In this document: positions 50,943-62,820 of the stretch, one piece after another
Numbering within the stretch: the stretch's first letter is position 1
How the letters are laid out: each line of letters starts with the position of its first letter
Assembly (NCBI RefSeq): GCF_902713615.1
Contig: NC_052161.1
Location: forward strand, 77,396,438-77,460,437
Direction of reading: 5' to 3'
DNA from: Scyliorhinus canicula
Taxonomy: Eukaryota
Length of the DNA stretch: 64,000 bases
The notes under the pieces: generated by a model
Databases searched by the model: none
Seen by the model: the letters and a program-made list of their open reading frames with translations, nothing else
Told to the model about the DNA's origin: nothing
Position numbers and translations under genes: made by a program

Positions 50943-51163
50943 GGCAGCACGGTGGCCTAGTGGTTAGCACAACCGCCTCACGGCGCTGAGGACCCAGGTT
51001 CCATCCCGGCTCTGGGTCACTGCCGTGTGGAGTTTGCACATTCTCCCCGTGTCTGCGTGGGTTTCGCCCCCACAACCCAAAAATGTGCAGAGTAGGTGGA
51101 TTGGCCACGCTAAATTGCCCCTTAATTGGAAAAAATAATTGGCTAATCTAAATTTTAAAAAAA
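50943..51163 (+). mobile_element. Short V-SINE with poly(A) and 16-bp TSD
   Basis: AGATCCACATCACCGG at 50927-50942 and 51164-51179. Confidence 0.92.
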
Positions 51164-51597
51164 AGATCCACATCACCGGACACTGTAATCCCAGACACAC
51201 CCGGCCTTTTCACGGAACCACACCCCCCCACGGAACCCTTCTATACAACAGCAGCTCCCTTGGGAGCCATACACTCACCTGAACTCCGGTGGCAGGTGCT
51301 GCTCACCAAATGCACACTGCAGGAGATCTGTCATGATTCACGTTGGCGTACCTTCACACCGATGTGAATAGACAATCTAACAAGTGGAATTAAAGGCCTG
51401 ATAATTACATTTCAACTTATAATGGGAATGCTGATGTTGAATGTCAGGATTCCCGTTACATCATTGGCAGGGGGGTAGAGACAACGACTAGCGGAAATCC
51501 CATCAGCATAAATCACGTTTTGAGACTCCAGCTGAACCTCCTGCCCCAGCTGCCAATCCTATCTCCAAAAATGGGAGTGGAAAATCCACCCATAGTT

Positions 51598-51810
51598 TAA
51601 GGGCCCAATTCCTTTTTTTTCTAATTAAGGTGCAATTTTAGCATGACCAATCCACCTATCCTGCTCGTCTTTGGGTTTTGAGGGTGAGACCCACGCAGAC
51701 ATGGGGCGAATGTACAAACTCCACACGGACAGTGACCCGGGGTCGGTATTGAACCCGGGTCCTCGGCACCGTGAGGCAGCAGTGCTAACCACTGCGTCAG
51801 CGTGCCGCCC
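51598..51810 (-). mobile_element. Short V-SINE with 16-bp TSD
   Basis: AAATCCACCCA(T/G)AGTT at 51582-51597 and 51811-51826. Confidence 0.85.
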
Positions 51811-52834
51811 AAATCCACCCAGAGTTACTGTGTTGCGACTGTATGACTCTTCTTCAGGGCAATAGAAGAGTCATACGGACTCAAAGCGTTAACTTTGTTT
51901 CCCATTCCACAGATGCTGCTAGAACCAGCTGAGTTTTTCCAACATTTTCTATTAATTCAAAACACCTTCTATTTACAGACAGGTGGTAAGATGAAAACAG
52001 TGCTGTTTTAATTATCCCCCCCCCCCCATTTCTATAACAAAAACTGAGCTTTTGCTTGCATTTTGAAGCAACTATTGATTACCATAAATTTAAATGTGTT
52101 CTCAATCAGCACTTGAGCACTGATTAGAAGCAATTGACATGGAATAATAGCTCCATGACACACTGACACACAATGAAATATGTTAGGATGGCTCAGGCGC
52201 CAAGAGATGTGTAACCTCAGGAATGGGAAGGAGTCCCATTTGCCCTTCTGTCCATCTACATTCCAGGAACCAGTATTGCTCTGCCTGGCCTAACTTCCTT
52301 TCCCCAATTCTCCACTGGACCAAGGGAGACTCCTAGCAAAGTGCCCAATGCCAAGCACACTTTTTTTCCTGCTGCTCCTGTTAAGTGAGGTCCTCAGAAA
52401 ACTTCCAGGAAGAATATCGATGGAGTGTGAGACTATCCCAGAAAGTCTCCTGGTGTGTTAGAGAAGTCCTCTTCAAAACAGTAAATCATTAACAGCACAT
52501 GAACACGAAAGCTGAACATGGTTTTAATTAGCGCTCAAAATCCTCTGCAATGGCTTGTTTATTCCTGGTTAGCTGCCGCTGTTGGGAGAGTGCATTATTT
52601 TCAGGACTAACCACCAAAACGTGTGCAACCTCTTTAAATAAGTGCCAGCAGCTTATTTAATTGGTAGTTGGAGCCTTGACAATCCTCAAAGTGGCTGGCT
52701 GCATTTCAAATCATTCAGCTAGTTGGTGCCTTGCGCTAATGGTACGCTAAGTTAGTGTCACAGCTCAAAGCCCCATCTTGGTCACCTCACAGTCTCTTTA
52801 GTATCCGAGGTATTTAGGGAAAATTGCACCCATC

Positions 52835-53043
52835 GGGTGGGATTTTCCTGCCCTTCCCGCTGGTGGGATCATCCGGTCCCGTCAAGGGTGACCCCCTGCG
52901 ACTGGTCCCCGGCAGCAGGGCGGGCGAGCCACACAACCCGCTGTGGACATTGGCGGGACCGGCAGATCACACCGGTGGCCAATGACGTACTGCCTCTGCC
53001 GCCAAAAAACAAATCGCGGAGGGTGGGCAGGAACATCATGTCC
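52835..53043. mobile_element. Short MITE, TSD ATC, adjacent to another TIR end (GGGAAAATTGCACCC, ending 52831)
   Basis: GGGTGGGATTTTCC ... GGAACATCATGTCC; ATC on both sides. Confidence 0.7.
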
Positions 53044-53639
53044 ATCATATTTTCAATTTTGTCATGATCTAGGCTTGACTCTTGTAGAGATTTACCTCCT
53101 TTGAGTTGGACCCACTCAGGAAGAAAAGTAGGCCATTTAGCCCCCTGTTGTTTTATTAATTCAGGGATATGGACAACATTTATTACCCTTCCCTAATTGC
53201 TCTTCATCTGATTTGCTTGCTAGGCCATTTCAGAGTCAAACAATTTGGGTCTGCTGTCACATGTGGGATTCAAACCCGGATCCGCAAAGCATTATCCTGG
53301 GTCTCTGGATTACTAGTCCAGCGATAACATCACTAAGCCACTACCTCCCCATGCATAGGACAGGAAATCTTGTTTACAGCCAATGGTGGGCTGTATCCGC
53401 AAAACACGGCACAGGGGAGTTGGGGAGGGAGGGAGGGAGGTGAGGGGTTGAAATTCCTGCCCTCTGTTATTGCCCACTTCTTAAAAGACCTGTTTTAGGT
53501 CCCTCTGTGTTCTCCTAATCCAATATCTAACCCCTTGCTCCAAAACACTTCTCATGTCTCAATGCCAGTCATGCTCACCACCTTTTCTGAACCTCTTCAG
53601 TCTGATTTGTGATGTATTGATCAGTCTTGTACAGTTCAA

Positions 53640-54190
53640 GTGCCAGTTCAAGGCCGATCCCCAGCATGGGCACAATGCCAGGTGGCATTCACAGACACTT
53701 GGGAACATTGACAGTGCCAGGTTGGCACCTAGATGGCAGTGCTAGGGTGGTATGGTCCATGGTGCCCAGGTGGTATGGCCAGGGTGCCCAGGTGGCACTT
53801 CCAGGGTGCCAAGCTGGCAGTGCCAAGGTGCCCAGGTGCCAGAGGGAATGCCAGGGTGCCACCCTTCCCTGTCCCTGACACCTAGGAGTCTACAATGGCC
53901 TGGGAATCCCCCCCCCCCCAAAGTGCCGTTACGCCTGGTCCACGTTTGTGTGGACCAGTGCTACACGAAGCCCAGCTGTGGCCGTTGAATCCCGGGCACC
54001 GGATTAATCCAGTGTCCATGTATTCAAATGATCCGTTAGGCTCAGTGAGGCCAAGATCCAGGTCCCACCGGGTGGAGTGAGTCAGGTGACTTGTGACCTG
54101 CCCGGCGCAGTGCCCGATTTTGGGCTCAGGCGTGTTTCACCCGCTGTGCCCAATCTGTGCAGGGCACAATGGGGTCGATGAATTACGCCC
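53640..54190. mobile_element. Old GTGCC-rich MITE fragment ~260 bp upstream of the MYPN exon
   Basis: Homologous to 14880-15850; ends GAATTACGCCC. Confidence 0.55.
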
Positions 54191-54448
54191 CATGTTTCAA
54201 GACTTTGGGACATCTCAAAGTTCTCTACAGCCAATGAAATATTTCCAAAGTGTAGTTATTCTTCTGGTGTAATGACCCTCTCAAAAGGGTCTTTGTATTG
54301 TTTGACGTGTGAATCAAACACAAAAATAAATATTCATGTAACATCCAGTGAGTCAGTTTGATCAAAATGCTGAAAGATTTGTGTTGGTCCATGACAGCTG
54401 TTTGAACGTGAATTTAACTCATTGTCTTTTCTCTATTTCTATGTACAG

Positions 54449-55111
54449 TGATCCTGTCCAGTTGCAACAACTACACAACCAGGTCCTACTTGAACAGCAG
54501 CAAGAAGCGATCCAGCAACAGTCTCCATTTCAGTCCTCAACCTTGTCCTCCTCACTTCCAACTGCGTTTAATTCTACCATGAATGTTCTCAATTCTGCTA
54601 CTCCTCCATCTGTACAACCAACCTCATCCAGCAGGTCCCCAACACCAAACACCCTGCCACAGGCGTTTAATTATGCCCGGCCCAAACAGTTCATTGCTAC
54701 TCCGAATGTAATGCCGACAGCTGTCCGGAGTTACTCCCCCTCACCTTCTCCTCTGCCCACGCTGAACGCAAGATCTGATAAGACAGAGAAGCAGTATGAT
54801 GACGGAAATTACTTTGGATTTCCACTCACACCAGCTTTTCAGGATCCTTTTATATATCCAAGTAGGAGTTTGCCCTCCCTACTCCCACGCAGTCCCTCCA
54901 CCACAAGTGCAGTCGGGCAAGCCACTTCTTCCCCTGTTCCTCCTCTGCCAAGCTCTCAATCTCGGATTGTATCACCAACTTTCATTAATGCTGCTAACAC
55001 CTGCCAGAGTCCAGTTCAAAACCCAGTAGCTTTCCTCAGCTCTGTATTACCATCATTGCCTTCTGCACCCTCCACCAATGCCATGGGTCTTCCCAAGAGT
55101 GCGCCAGCCAT
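54449..55111 (+). CDS. MYPN: Myopalladin internal coding exon (Pro/Ser-rich region between the Ig domains), 663 bp, phase 2-2
   Basis: Pyrimidine tract + tacAG acceptor (54447-48); donor at|GTAAGT at 55112. Open frame encodes DPVQLQQLHNQVLLEQ...FNYARPKQFIA...QNPVAFLSSVLPSLP...TNAMGLPKSAP, matching recalled MYPN motifs (QLQQLHNQVLLEQ, QNPVAFLSSVLPSLP, TNAMGLP.SAP). Confidence 0.88.
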
Positions 55112-55659
55112 GTAAGTGTCAGTTACAAAAGACGTATTACTACTGTGCTATAAGCTATGGGGAGTTTTGGGCATGGGTCATTAAAGCTCATCCTCTCAAG
55201 TATTATGTAAGGGAACTGATGACATAATGGGTTACAGATGAGAGGCTAGATTCCCCATCTATCACCCTGATTATTTTATGGATTTTGGCCAGGCATGGGT
55301 GTGGACATTAACTTGATGGAGAATGTGTTACGTTTTTTTCTTGCATATCACCTTTTCTCAGTAGGTGAGTCCATAGAATGGTAACAACACGGGAGGAGGC
55401 CGTTTGGTCTGTCGTGTCTGTGCCATCTCTTATTACGAGCTACTAACCACTCCTCCTTCCCTTCATTTCCCCTAGACCTGCAAATTTATTTCTCTTCCGA
55501 TAATTATCCAATTCCACTTTGAAAGCCACCCTCTCAAGGAGTACATTCCAGAACTTAATCACTCACTAAAAAAGTTTTTCATAATGTTGCCTCTGGTTCT
55601 TTTGCTAACCACCTTAAATGTGTCCTCTGTTTCACCTGCCTATGGGAACAATTTCTCCC

Positions 55660-56750
55660 TATAGTTGTTCAGTAGCACAGAACCTGAGTATTACTGAGAA
55701 AAGACATTGGTCTTGCACTCAACAGGACAATCACAAGAATACCAGAGGAACCAACAACTTTATTCTGTATGAGAAGAGGGTGCTGATTCGCTGGCAAATG
55801 GACTCATTGTTAAAGGTGTTGCCATGGAGAGTACACCAGTTGATAGTGACTGACAATTGTTGACCAAGCATTGTTTAAAATTTAAAATGGGCAGCATCAG
55901 CCTGATTGGTCAAGGCATTGTCCTGTGGAATGAACCAGTGGATGGCTGCTACTCATTTTGTTTAGTGAAACATGTATAATGTGTGAATATATGTGGTTTC
56001 CAGTGCATGCAAATATGCCACACCGCAGCCTGACTGACAATCTTAAATTGGTTGTGTGTCATTCTTAGCACACTGAGGATTATTTAGAAAATGTTGTCCA
56101 ATCACTGAGTCACATCTAATGTTGGACACCCTGTCTTGAGTTTCTCAAGCACAGGCTGGTTGGATACGGTCTGTACCTTGTCCCTTGAGAACAGTGGAAT
56201 GGACACCTGTTTGATACAATCCGCCTGTCTTTGGGAAATACAACTTACATAACTAGCATCACACTGGCACTGAAATTCATATGTAATATTATTCATTTGT
56301 GTGATCAGATGAATGCCTTTTTGGCTTAATGGCAGCATCCTGTTAGTGGAGAATACCACTCGTGTTGCTACTGCATAGTGGCAGTGTGAAACAGCTAGCT
56401 TCACCTGTTGCTCAATTGTTTGACATACCTTGCCCTTCCAGGGTAATCTGAAGTACACTGGCCACTTCTCAGGGCTCAAACTTGAAACCTTACGATCATT
56501 TGTGAGTATGCGAAATATACAGAGCAAAATTATCTGATCAGGGTTGATATTATCCCGCAGGATGTCTTAGACGCACCCTATTTCAGCATCAAGCATGCAT
56601 GGAGAGCAAATGGCCCGGGCCCTATTTATCCAATAAATCCAATCTTATAGTGTGGAATTGTACTAATCCCAACGCGTGTGTTGATCGATGAAGGAAGGCT
56701 TGCAGTAGACCATGGTCGAGAACCCTTTGACAAAATGTATTTTTTCAGTA
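55660..56750 (-). mobile_element. Penelope-like element remnant (GIY-YIG endonuclease region and pLTR)
   Basis: VYFRLPWKG...YEFQCQCDASYVSCISQRQADCIKQ matches the PLE Y.F.C.C...YVG.T.QRL..RI.QH pattern; decayed hammerhead core on the minus strand near 55712-55732. Confidence 0.8.
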
Positions 56751-57399
56751 ATCTGTCCCTATCTACTCTGTCCAGCACCTCCACCAAGCCTGCTCTTGAC
56801 ATTCTCTAACGATCACTGTCCCAGCTTTGCTAATCTGTTTATGTAACTGAAGACTCTTGTTGATGGAACCATTCTCCTAAATCTTTTCTGTACCCTCTCT
56901 AAAGCGTTCACATCCTTCCTGAGTTGTGTTGTCTAACCTAAAATGTCACCACCTGCATCTGACACCTTGAAGAGCCCAGTGTGAATGTTCACAGGTGCTG
57001 GAGGGGGCCTTTGGGGTGCAAATAAAGAAGGTGCTATGAAAGCGCATTGAGAGTGGAATTGTGCACAGGCCCCATCAGCAACTAAAAATGTTGAACAAGC
57101 AAGATGTTTTTCCGGTCACTTTGGATGTTGCCTTCTTCTGTCCTCATGGGCTGGTACAGGTCTCTGACCCGAATCTTGTGCAACTCCTTAGCCGGGTTCA
57201 ACAGTAATCTCCTGTAATTAAATTACCCCAGGGTCAAGAGCCAGAGTCAAAGAAACATTCTGTCCCACCAAAGATGAACCCATTGCAAAATCCAGCAGAA
57301 TCAAGTCAGCCACTAGGTTGTTATCAAACTGCTACAGAAAAGTCGAACAAGAAGAAAACTGATTGGACCAACTGGCATTGAACTCGGAACTGAAAATGA

Positions 57400-59850
57400 C
57401 AAAGGAACACATTGCACATGACAAAACCTGCAAAGTCTTCCTCAGTAGTATCTGGAAACTTGTGCCGCAACTGGGAATGCTAACCCACAGACCAGTCAAG
57501 CAACAACCTGACATAGTCATACTTACAGACTCGTACTTTGCAGCTAATGTTTGTCCACCACAATATCTGGCTATGTCCTATCCCACCACATGACACACTA
57601 CTCTGAAGTGTAGCACAATGGTATACAGTCGGGTAGGTATGGTCATGAGAGGCCTAAACATTAACTCTGGACATCATGAAGTCTCACGGTATGAAATATG
57701 GACAAAGAAACCTCCTGCTGATTACCACCTTCTACCCTCCCTTAGCTGATGAATCAGCACTCCTCCATGTTGCACACTAAATGGAAAAAGCTGCAAATGT
57801 AGCAAGGGCACACGGTGTACTCTGTGTGGGGGGATTTCCAATGTCCATAATCTAGGGTGGCTCAGAAATCCATTACTGACCCAGCTGGCCAGATCCTGAA
57901 GGACGCTGCTGTAAAACCGGGCCTGCCGGACCCGGCAAGGTAACAGGAGGCAAAACATACTTGACCTTGTCCTCACTAATTTAGCTGTTCCAGAGGCATC
58001 TGTCCATGACTATATTGGTAGCAGTGATGTTTCCTCAGTCCTTGTAAAGATTAAATCTAGTCTTAACACTGAGGATACCCTCCATCGTGTTGTGTTGCAC
58101 CACCACCATTCTGAATGGAATCTATTGAGAACAGATCTAGCATCTAAAACTTAGCAACCATGAGGTGGTGTGGGTCATCAGCAGCAGCAGGTTTGTGTTT
58201 AGCCACAATCTCTAAATCCATGGCCCAGCATATCTACCACACTGCTATCAAGCCATGGGATTAGCACTGGTTCAATGAAAAGTGCAGCAGGTCATGCCAG
58301 GAACAGTGCCAAGCATACCTGAAAATGAAGTGTCAACTTGGTGAAGCTACACCTCAGGAATACTTGGAACCAAACAGAGAAAGCAGCATGTGATAGACAG
58401 AGCTAAGCAATTCCACACACAATGGATCCAGACATCATAGATCATCGATCATAGAATTACAGTGCAGAAGGACACCATTTGGCCCATCGAGTCTGCACCA
58501 GCTTTTGGAAAGAGCACCCCACTTAAGCCCACACCTCCACCCTATCCCCGTATCCCAGTAACCCCATTTAACCTAAGGGCAATTTTTTTTTTTTAAAATA
58601 AATTTAGATTACCCAATTATTTTTTCCAATTAAGGGGCAATTTAGCGTGGCCAATCCACCTAACCTGCACATTTTTGGGTTGTGGGGGCGAAACCCACGC
58701 AGACACGGGGAGAATGTGCAAACTCCACACGGACAGTGACCCAGAGCCGGGATCGAACCTGGGACCTCAGCGCCGTGAGGCGGTTGTGCTAACCACTAGG
58801 CCACCGTGCTGCCCTACCCAAGGGCAATTTAACATGGCCAATCCACCTAACCCTGCATATCTTTGGGCTGTGGGAGGAAACTGAAGCACCCGGAAGAAAC
58901 CCACGCAGACACAGGGAGAACGTGTAGACTCTGCACAGACAGTGACCCAAGCTGGGAATCGAACCTGGGACACTGGAGCTGTGAAGCAACTGTTCCAACC
59001 ACTATGCTACCGTGCTGCCCTATAGTTAAAGCTCTGCAGTCCTCCCAAATTCAGTTGTGAATGGTGGTGGACAATTAAACATCCAATGGGTGGAGGAAGT
59101 TCAACATCAGTGCAAAGACAAGACTGAAATATTTGCAAACATTTTCAGTCAGAAATTCCAAATGGATCATCCATCCCGACCTCCTCCTGAGGTCCCCAGC
59201 ATTGCAGATGCCAATCTTATTTTTTCCTTTTTTGTTTATGAATTTAAAGTGTCCAATTTTTTAATCCCAATTAAGGGGCTATTTAGCGTGGCCAATCCAC
59301 CTACCCTGCACACCTTTGGATTGCAGGGGAGAATGTGCAAACTCCACACAGACAGTGACCCAGAGCTGGGACCGAACCCGGGTCCTCGGCACTGTGAGGC
59401 AGCAGTGCTAACCACTGCACCATCGTTCCGCCTCAGATGTCAATCTTCAGTGAATTTAGTTCACTCCACATAATATCGAGAAACAGCTAAAGGTACTGGA
59501 TACTGCATAGGCTATGGACCTTGACAACATCCTGGTAATAGTACTGAAGACCTGTGCTCCAGAACTTGCAATGCCCCTGGACAAGCTGTTCCAGAAAGTC
59601 TACAACAATTGCAACGGCCCAGCAATGTGGAAAATTATTTAAGTATGTCCTGTCCAAGATGGCCAATTACTGCCCCATCAGCCTCCTCTCAATCATCAGT
59701 AAAGTGATTGAAGGTTTCATCAACTGTGCTGTCAAGCGGCACTTACAAAGCAAAATCTGCTCACTGACGCTCAGTTTGGGTTCCAGCAGGGCCGCTCAGC
59801 CCCTGATCTCTTTACAGCCTTTGTCTGAACATGGACAAAAGAGCTCAACT
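57400..59850 (+). mobile_element. Old APE-RT LINE (L2/CR1 group) with nested SINEs (HE1 58435-59020 containing a TSD-flanked V-SINE 58586-58815; V-SINE 59219-59433)
   Basis: QQPDIVILTDSY (APE), CAPELA.PL.KLFQ, NYCPISLLSIISKV; TSDs 58571-85/58816-30 and 59205-18/59434-47. Confidence 0.8.
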
Positions 59851-60252
59851 CACCCGGGTGCATCTGGTCTCCGATTATCCCGAGGTTGGAAGACCTGACT
59901 ATGTCTCAACTGAAAGTAAGTAGCGCCTACTGGACCAGTGTTGCCTTTTCTGCATCCAGAACCAACCACCACTATGGGCTTTCTGAGTCAGATTGCTAAT
60001 CTTTGCCGATCGTGAATTGTGACAGAACACACTGAGAACCACTTAAAGTTACCAAAACCCATTTTACGTGGTTTTTAACAGTTGATCCAAAGGCAACATG
60101 ATAGCCAACTGAACCCATCCTCCTGCCAACTGGTGCCAAATTAATCGTTTATCTTGGAATATATTAGATTTAAGTGTTTTACAAATTAAATAATATCATT
60201 TATTAGATGTGTACAAATGTTATAGAGTGACACACTTTATTTAATAATACAG

Positions 60253-60397
60253 CCCTCCACAAGGTACCTTGAAGAAAGTGTTCAAATCGCCTCAAACATT
60301 CACCGATGATGAAATACGCGAGAACAAGGATTCTGTAATATATGACCTAGACAGAAAGTTACGTTTTAAAGAGGAGGTTTTCCACACTGGGCAGCAG
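60253..60397 (+). CDS. MYPN: Myopalladin next coding exon, 145 bp, phase 2-0
   Basis: tacAG acceptor 60251-52; donor CAG|GTAAGA at 60398. Splices in frame to the previous exon (AT|C = Ile) and encodes PPQGTLKKVFKSPQTFTDDEIRENKDSVIYDLDRKLRFKEEVFHTGQQ, homologous to the MYPN/PALLD DD.IR..K..VI.DL segment. Confidence 0.88.
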
Positions 60398-61718
60398 GTA
60401 AGAGCTTTCAACACAGAGTCGATCCAAGAAATTTCTTTTTTTGCATTTACACTGAAAATAGATTTCAAATTCCAGCTTCAGCAATATTTTGTCAAATGTT
60501 CTCCTGCGTCAACAGAATAATGTTTTAATTCCCTTAAAATACGACCACATTCAAAGTTACCCAAGAATATTTACAAATTGCCTCCCTGCTTATATCCTAA
60601 AACATGAATATAACAGTGCGTCTTTTCCATTTTAAAAGAAGCATAAGGATAAATTCAGGAATAGGACATTGCTGGAACTGAATCTCAATGGCAGTGTGAG
60701 CCGCTTGCCGTTACGCGGCCCATTCTCCATCCTGAAGTCCCAGCAAATGAGAGCTGAGAAATTCAGCATCTCTGAATTTACCCCACAAATTACTAAATGC
60801 TGCAACAGTAATACTACAAGTTCAATGCCAAGAGGTAACGGTTACAGCAGAGGATTTTGTTGTTACTCCTGTTTGTGGTTGGCACCTTCGGGAATCATCA
60901 TAAGATGAAATCAAAGTCCTGAAAATTCCTACCCAACAGTGCAGTGTGTGCACCTACATCACACAGGCTTCAGCAGTTCGAAAGGCAGCTCACCACCACC
61001 TTCTCAAGGCCAGTTAGAAATGGGCAATAAATGCTTACCTTGCCAGGAACACCCACATTGTATCTATTCTGTTGAAGTATTCTGCCATCTGCTTATTGCT
61101 ATGGCACTATTGACTAATCACCTGCTTCCCTTCAATAGCGAATAATTAATGAGGATAAAATGGCCCCAAGATTTCTTGGACCAAACTTTCCTTCAAAATT
61201 AAATTTTGATGAGGTAAAGGATTTTGCAGCACCACAGGTACAACACCAATTTTTTCAATTCCCTTTGCTGATCAATACCATTTGAATCAATCCTATTTGA
61301 CTCAGTTTCTGCAATTAACATTTAACAATTCATCTGCAAACCATTGAATTAATGATCTGTGCATAAGTTTATTAAAATATTTAACATCTATTCATTGCAT
61401 ACATATCTAATCTTCACGATATGAAATTAAATGCCATTAATGCGTTGTACTCACCATGTAGCGTGCTCAGAGATTGCAAAATGCAGCCACTTGCTGTTTG
61501 TATGAAACCATTAGGCATTAATATATCACCAAATCCACAGAAAGCAGCTCCTAACCTTGTGTGTGATGTTGGAGTCTATCCGTAAAACAGATTGAATTTG
61601 GTGTTTCTATTCAAAGGTTGCATCTGAATATGTTTTTTAAACTATGTACCCTAATATATCCATTTGTCACATCCATCACATTGCATAAGGTCAATCTGGC
61701 AGATTGGTGCACTATTTA

Positions 61719-62063
61719 GGGCAGCACGGTAGCATGGTGGTTAGCATAAATGCTTCACAGCTCCAGGGTCCCTGGTTCGATTCCCGGCTGGGTCACTGTC
61801 TGTGCGGAGTCTGCACGTCCTCCCCGTGTGTGCGTGGGTTTCCTCCGGGTGCTCCGGTTTCCTCCCACAGTCCAAAGATGTGCGGGTTAGGTGGATTGGC
61901 CATGCTAAATTGCCCGTAGTGTCCTAATAAAAGTAAGGTTAAGGGGGGAGTTGTTGGGTTACGGGTATAGGGTGGATATGTGGGTTTGAGTAGGGTGATC
62001 ATTGCTCGGCACAACATCGAGGGCCGAAGGGCCTGTTCTGTGCTGTACTGTTCTATGTTCTAT
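61719..62063 (+). mobile_element. Young HE1 V-SINE
   Basis: Near-identical to copies at 11615, 19577 and 22190. Confidence 0.9.
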
Positions 62064-62134
62064 ATACCCAGATGCTTTATTTTGGCCATTAATCTGAAAC
62101 ATAACAGAATGAAAGGATGTTATGAAATGGTAAC

Positions 62135-62820
62135 CATCCATTCATTCATTTATCCAATAAATTCTTTCAAACCATTCATCCATCCATTCAAGCCATCCTT
62201 CAAATCCATTGATCAATCCACCTGTTTAATACACCATTTGTCCTCTGATCTATCTGTTCAATCTATTTATCCAAGGCGTTCAATTATCCATCCAAGCCAT
62301 CTATTCACTTTATCAATCCAGTCACCTAACTGTAAAAGCCATCCATCCATCACTCGATCTAATCATTCACCTATCCGTCCACCCTGTCCATCTGCTAATC
62401 TGTCCTTCCATACCCGCTCTCCATGAATTACATCCATCACTCACCTACTCACTCAAAATCATCATCATAACGTCCATCCATCCAATCCATCCATCCATCT
62501 GTCCATCCATCCATCTGTCCATCCATCCGTCCATCCATCCATCTGGTTCGTCCATCCGTCCATCTATCCACCCGGTCCATCCATGTAATCCATCTGTCCA
62601 TCTAATACATCTGTGCAATCCATGCGTCAATCAAATTCATTCAGTAATCTATTTATACACCAATTCTCTTTAGTCTATCAGACTAACCATCCAGCTATCC
62701 ATGCACCAATGCATTCATTTAACCATTTCTCCACTTAGCCCATTTATTGATTCATCGTTTCAATCCAATCTGTCCAAATACCATCCATCCCTTAAATTTT
62801 CCCATTCATCATTCTTTCTT
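62135..62820. repeat. Degenerate (TCCA)n microsatellite
   Basis: Directly visible; purest at 62470-62600. Confidence 0.9.

Noticed and set aside
54348-54448. N-terminal extension of the ORF track call 54348-55115
   Set aside because: Intronic read-through upstream of the acceptor at 54447-48.
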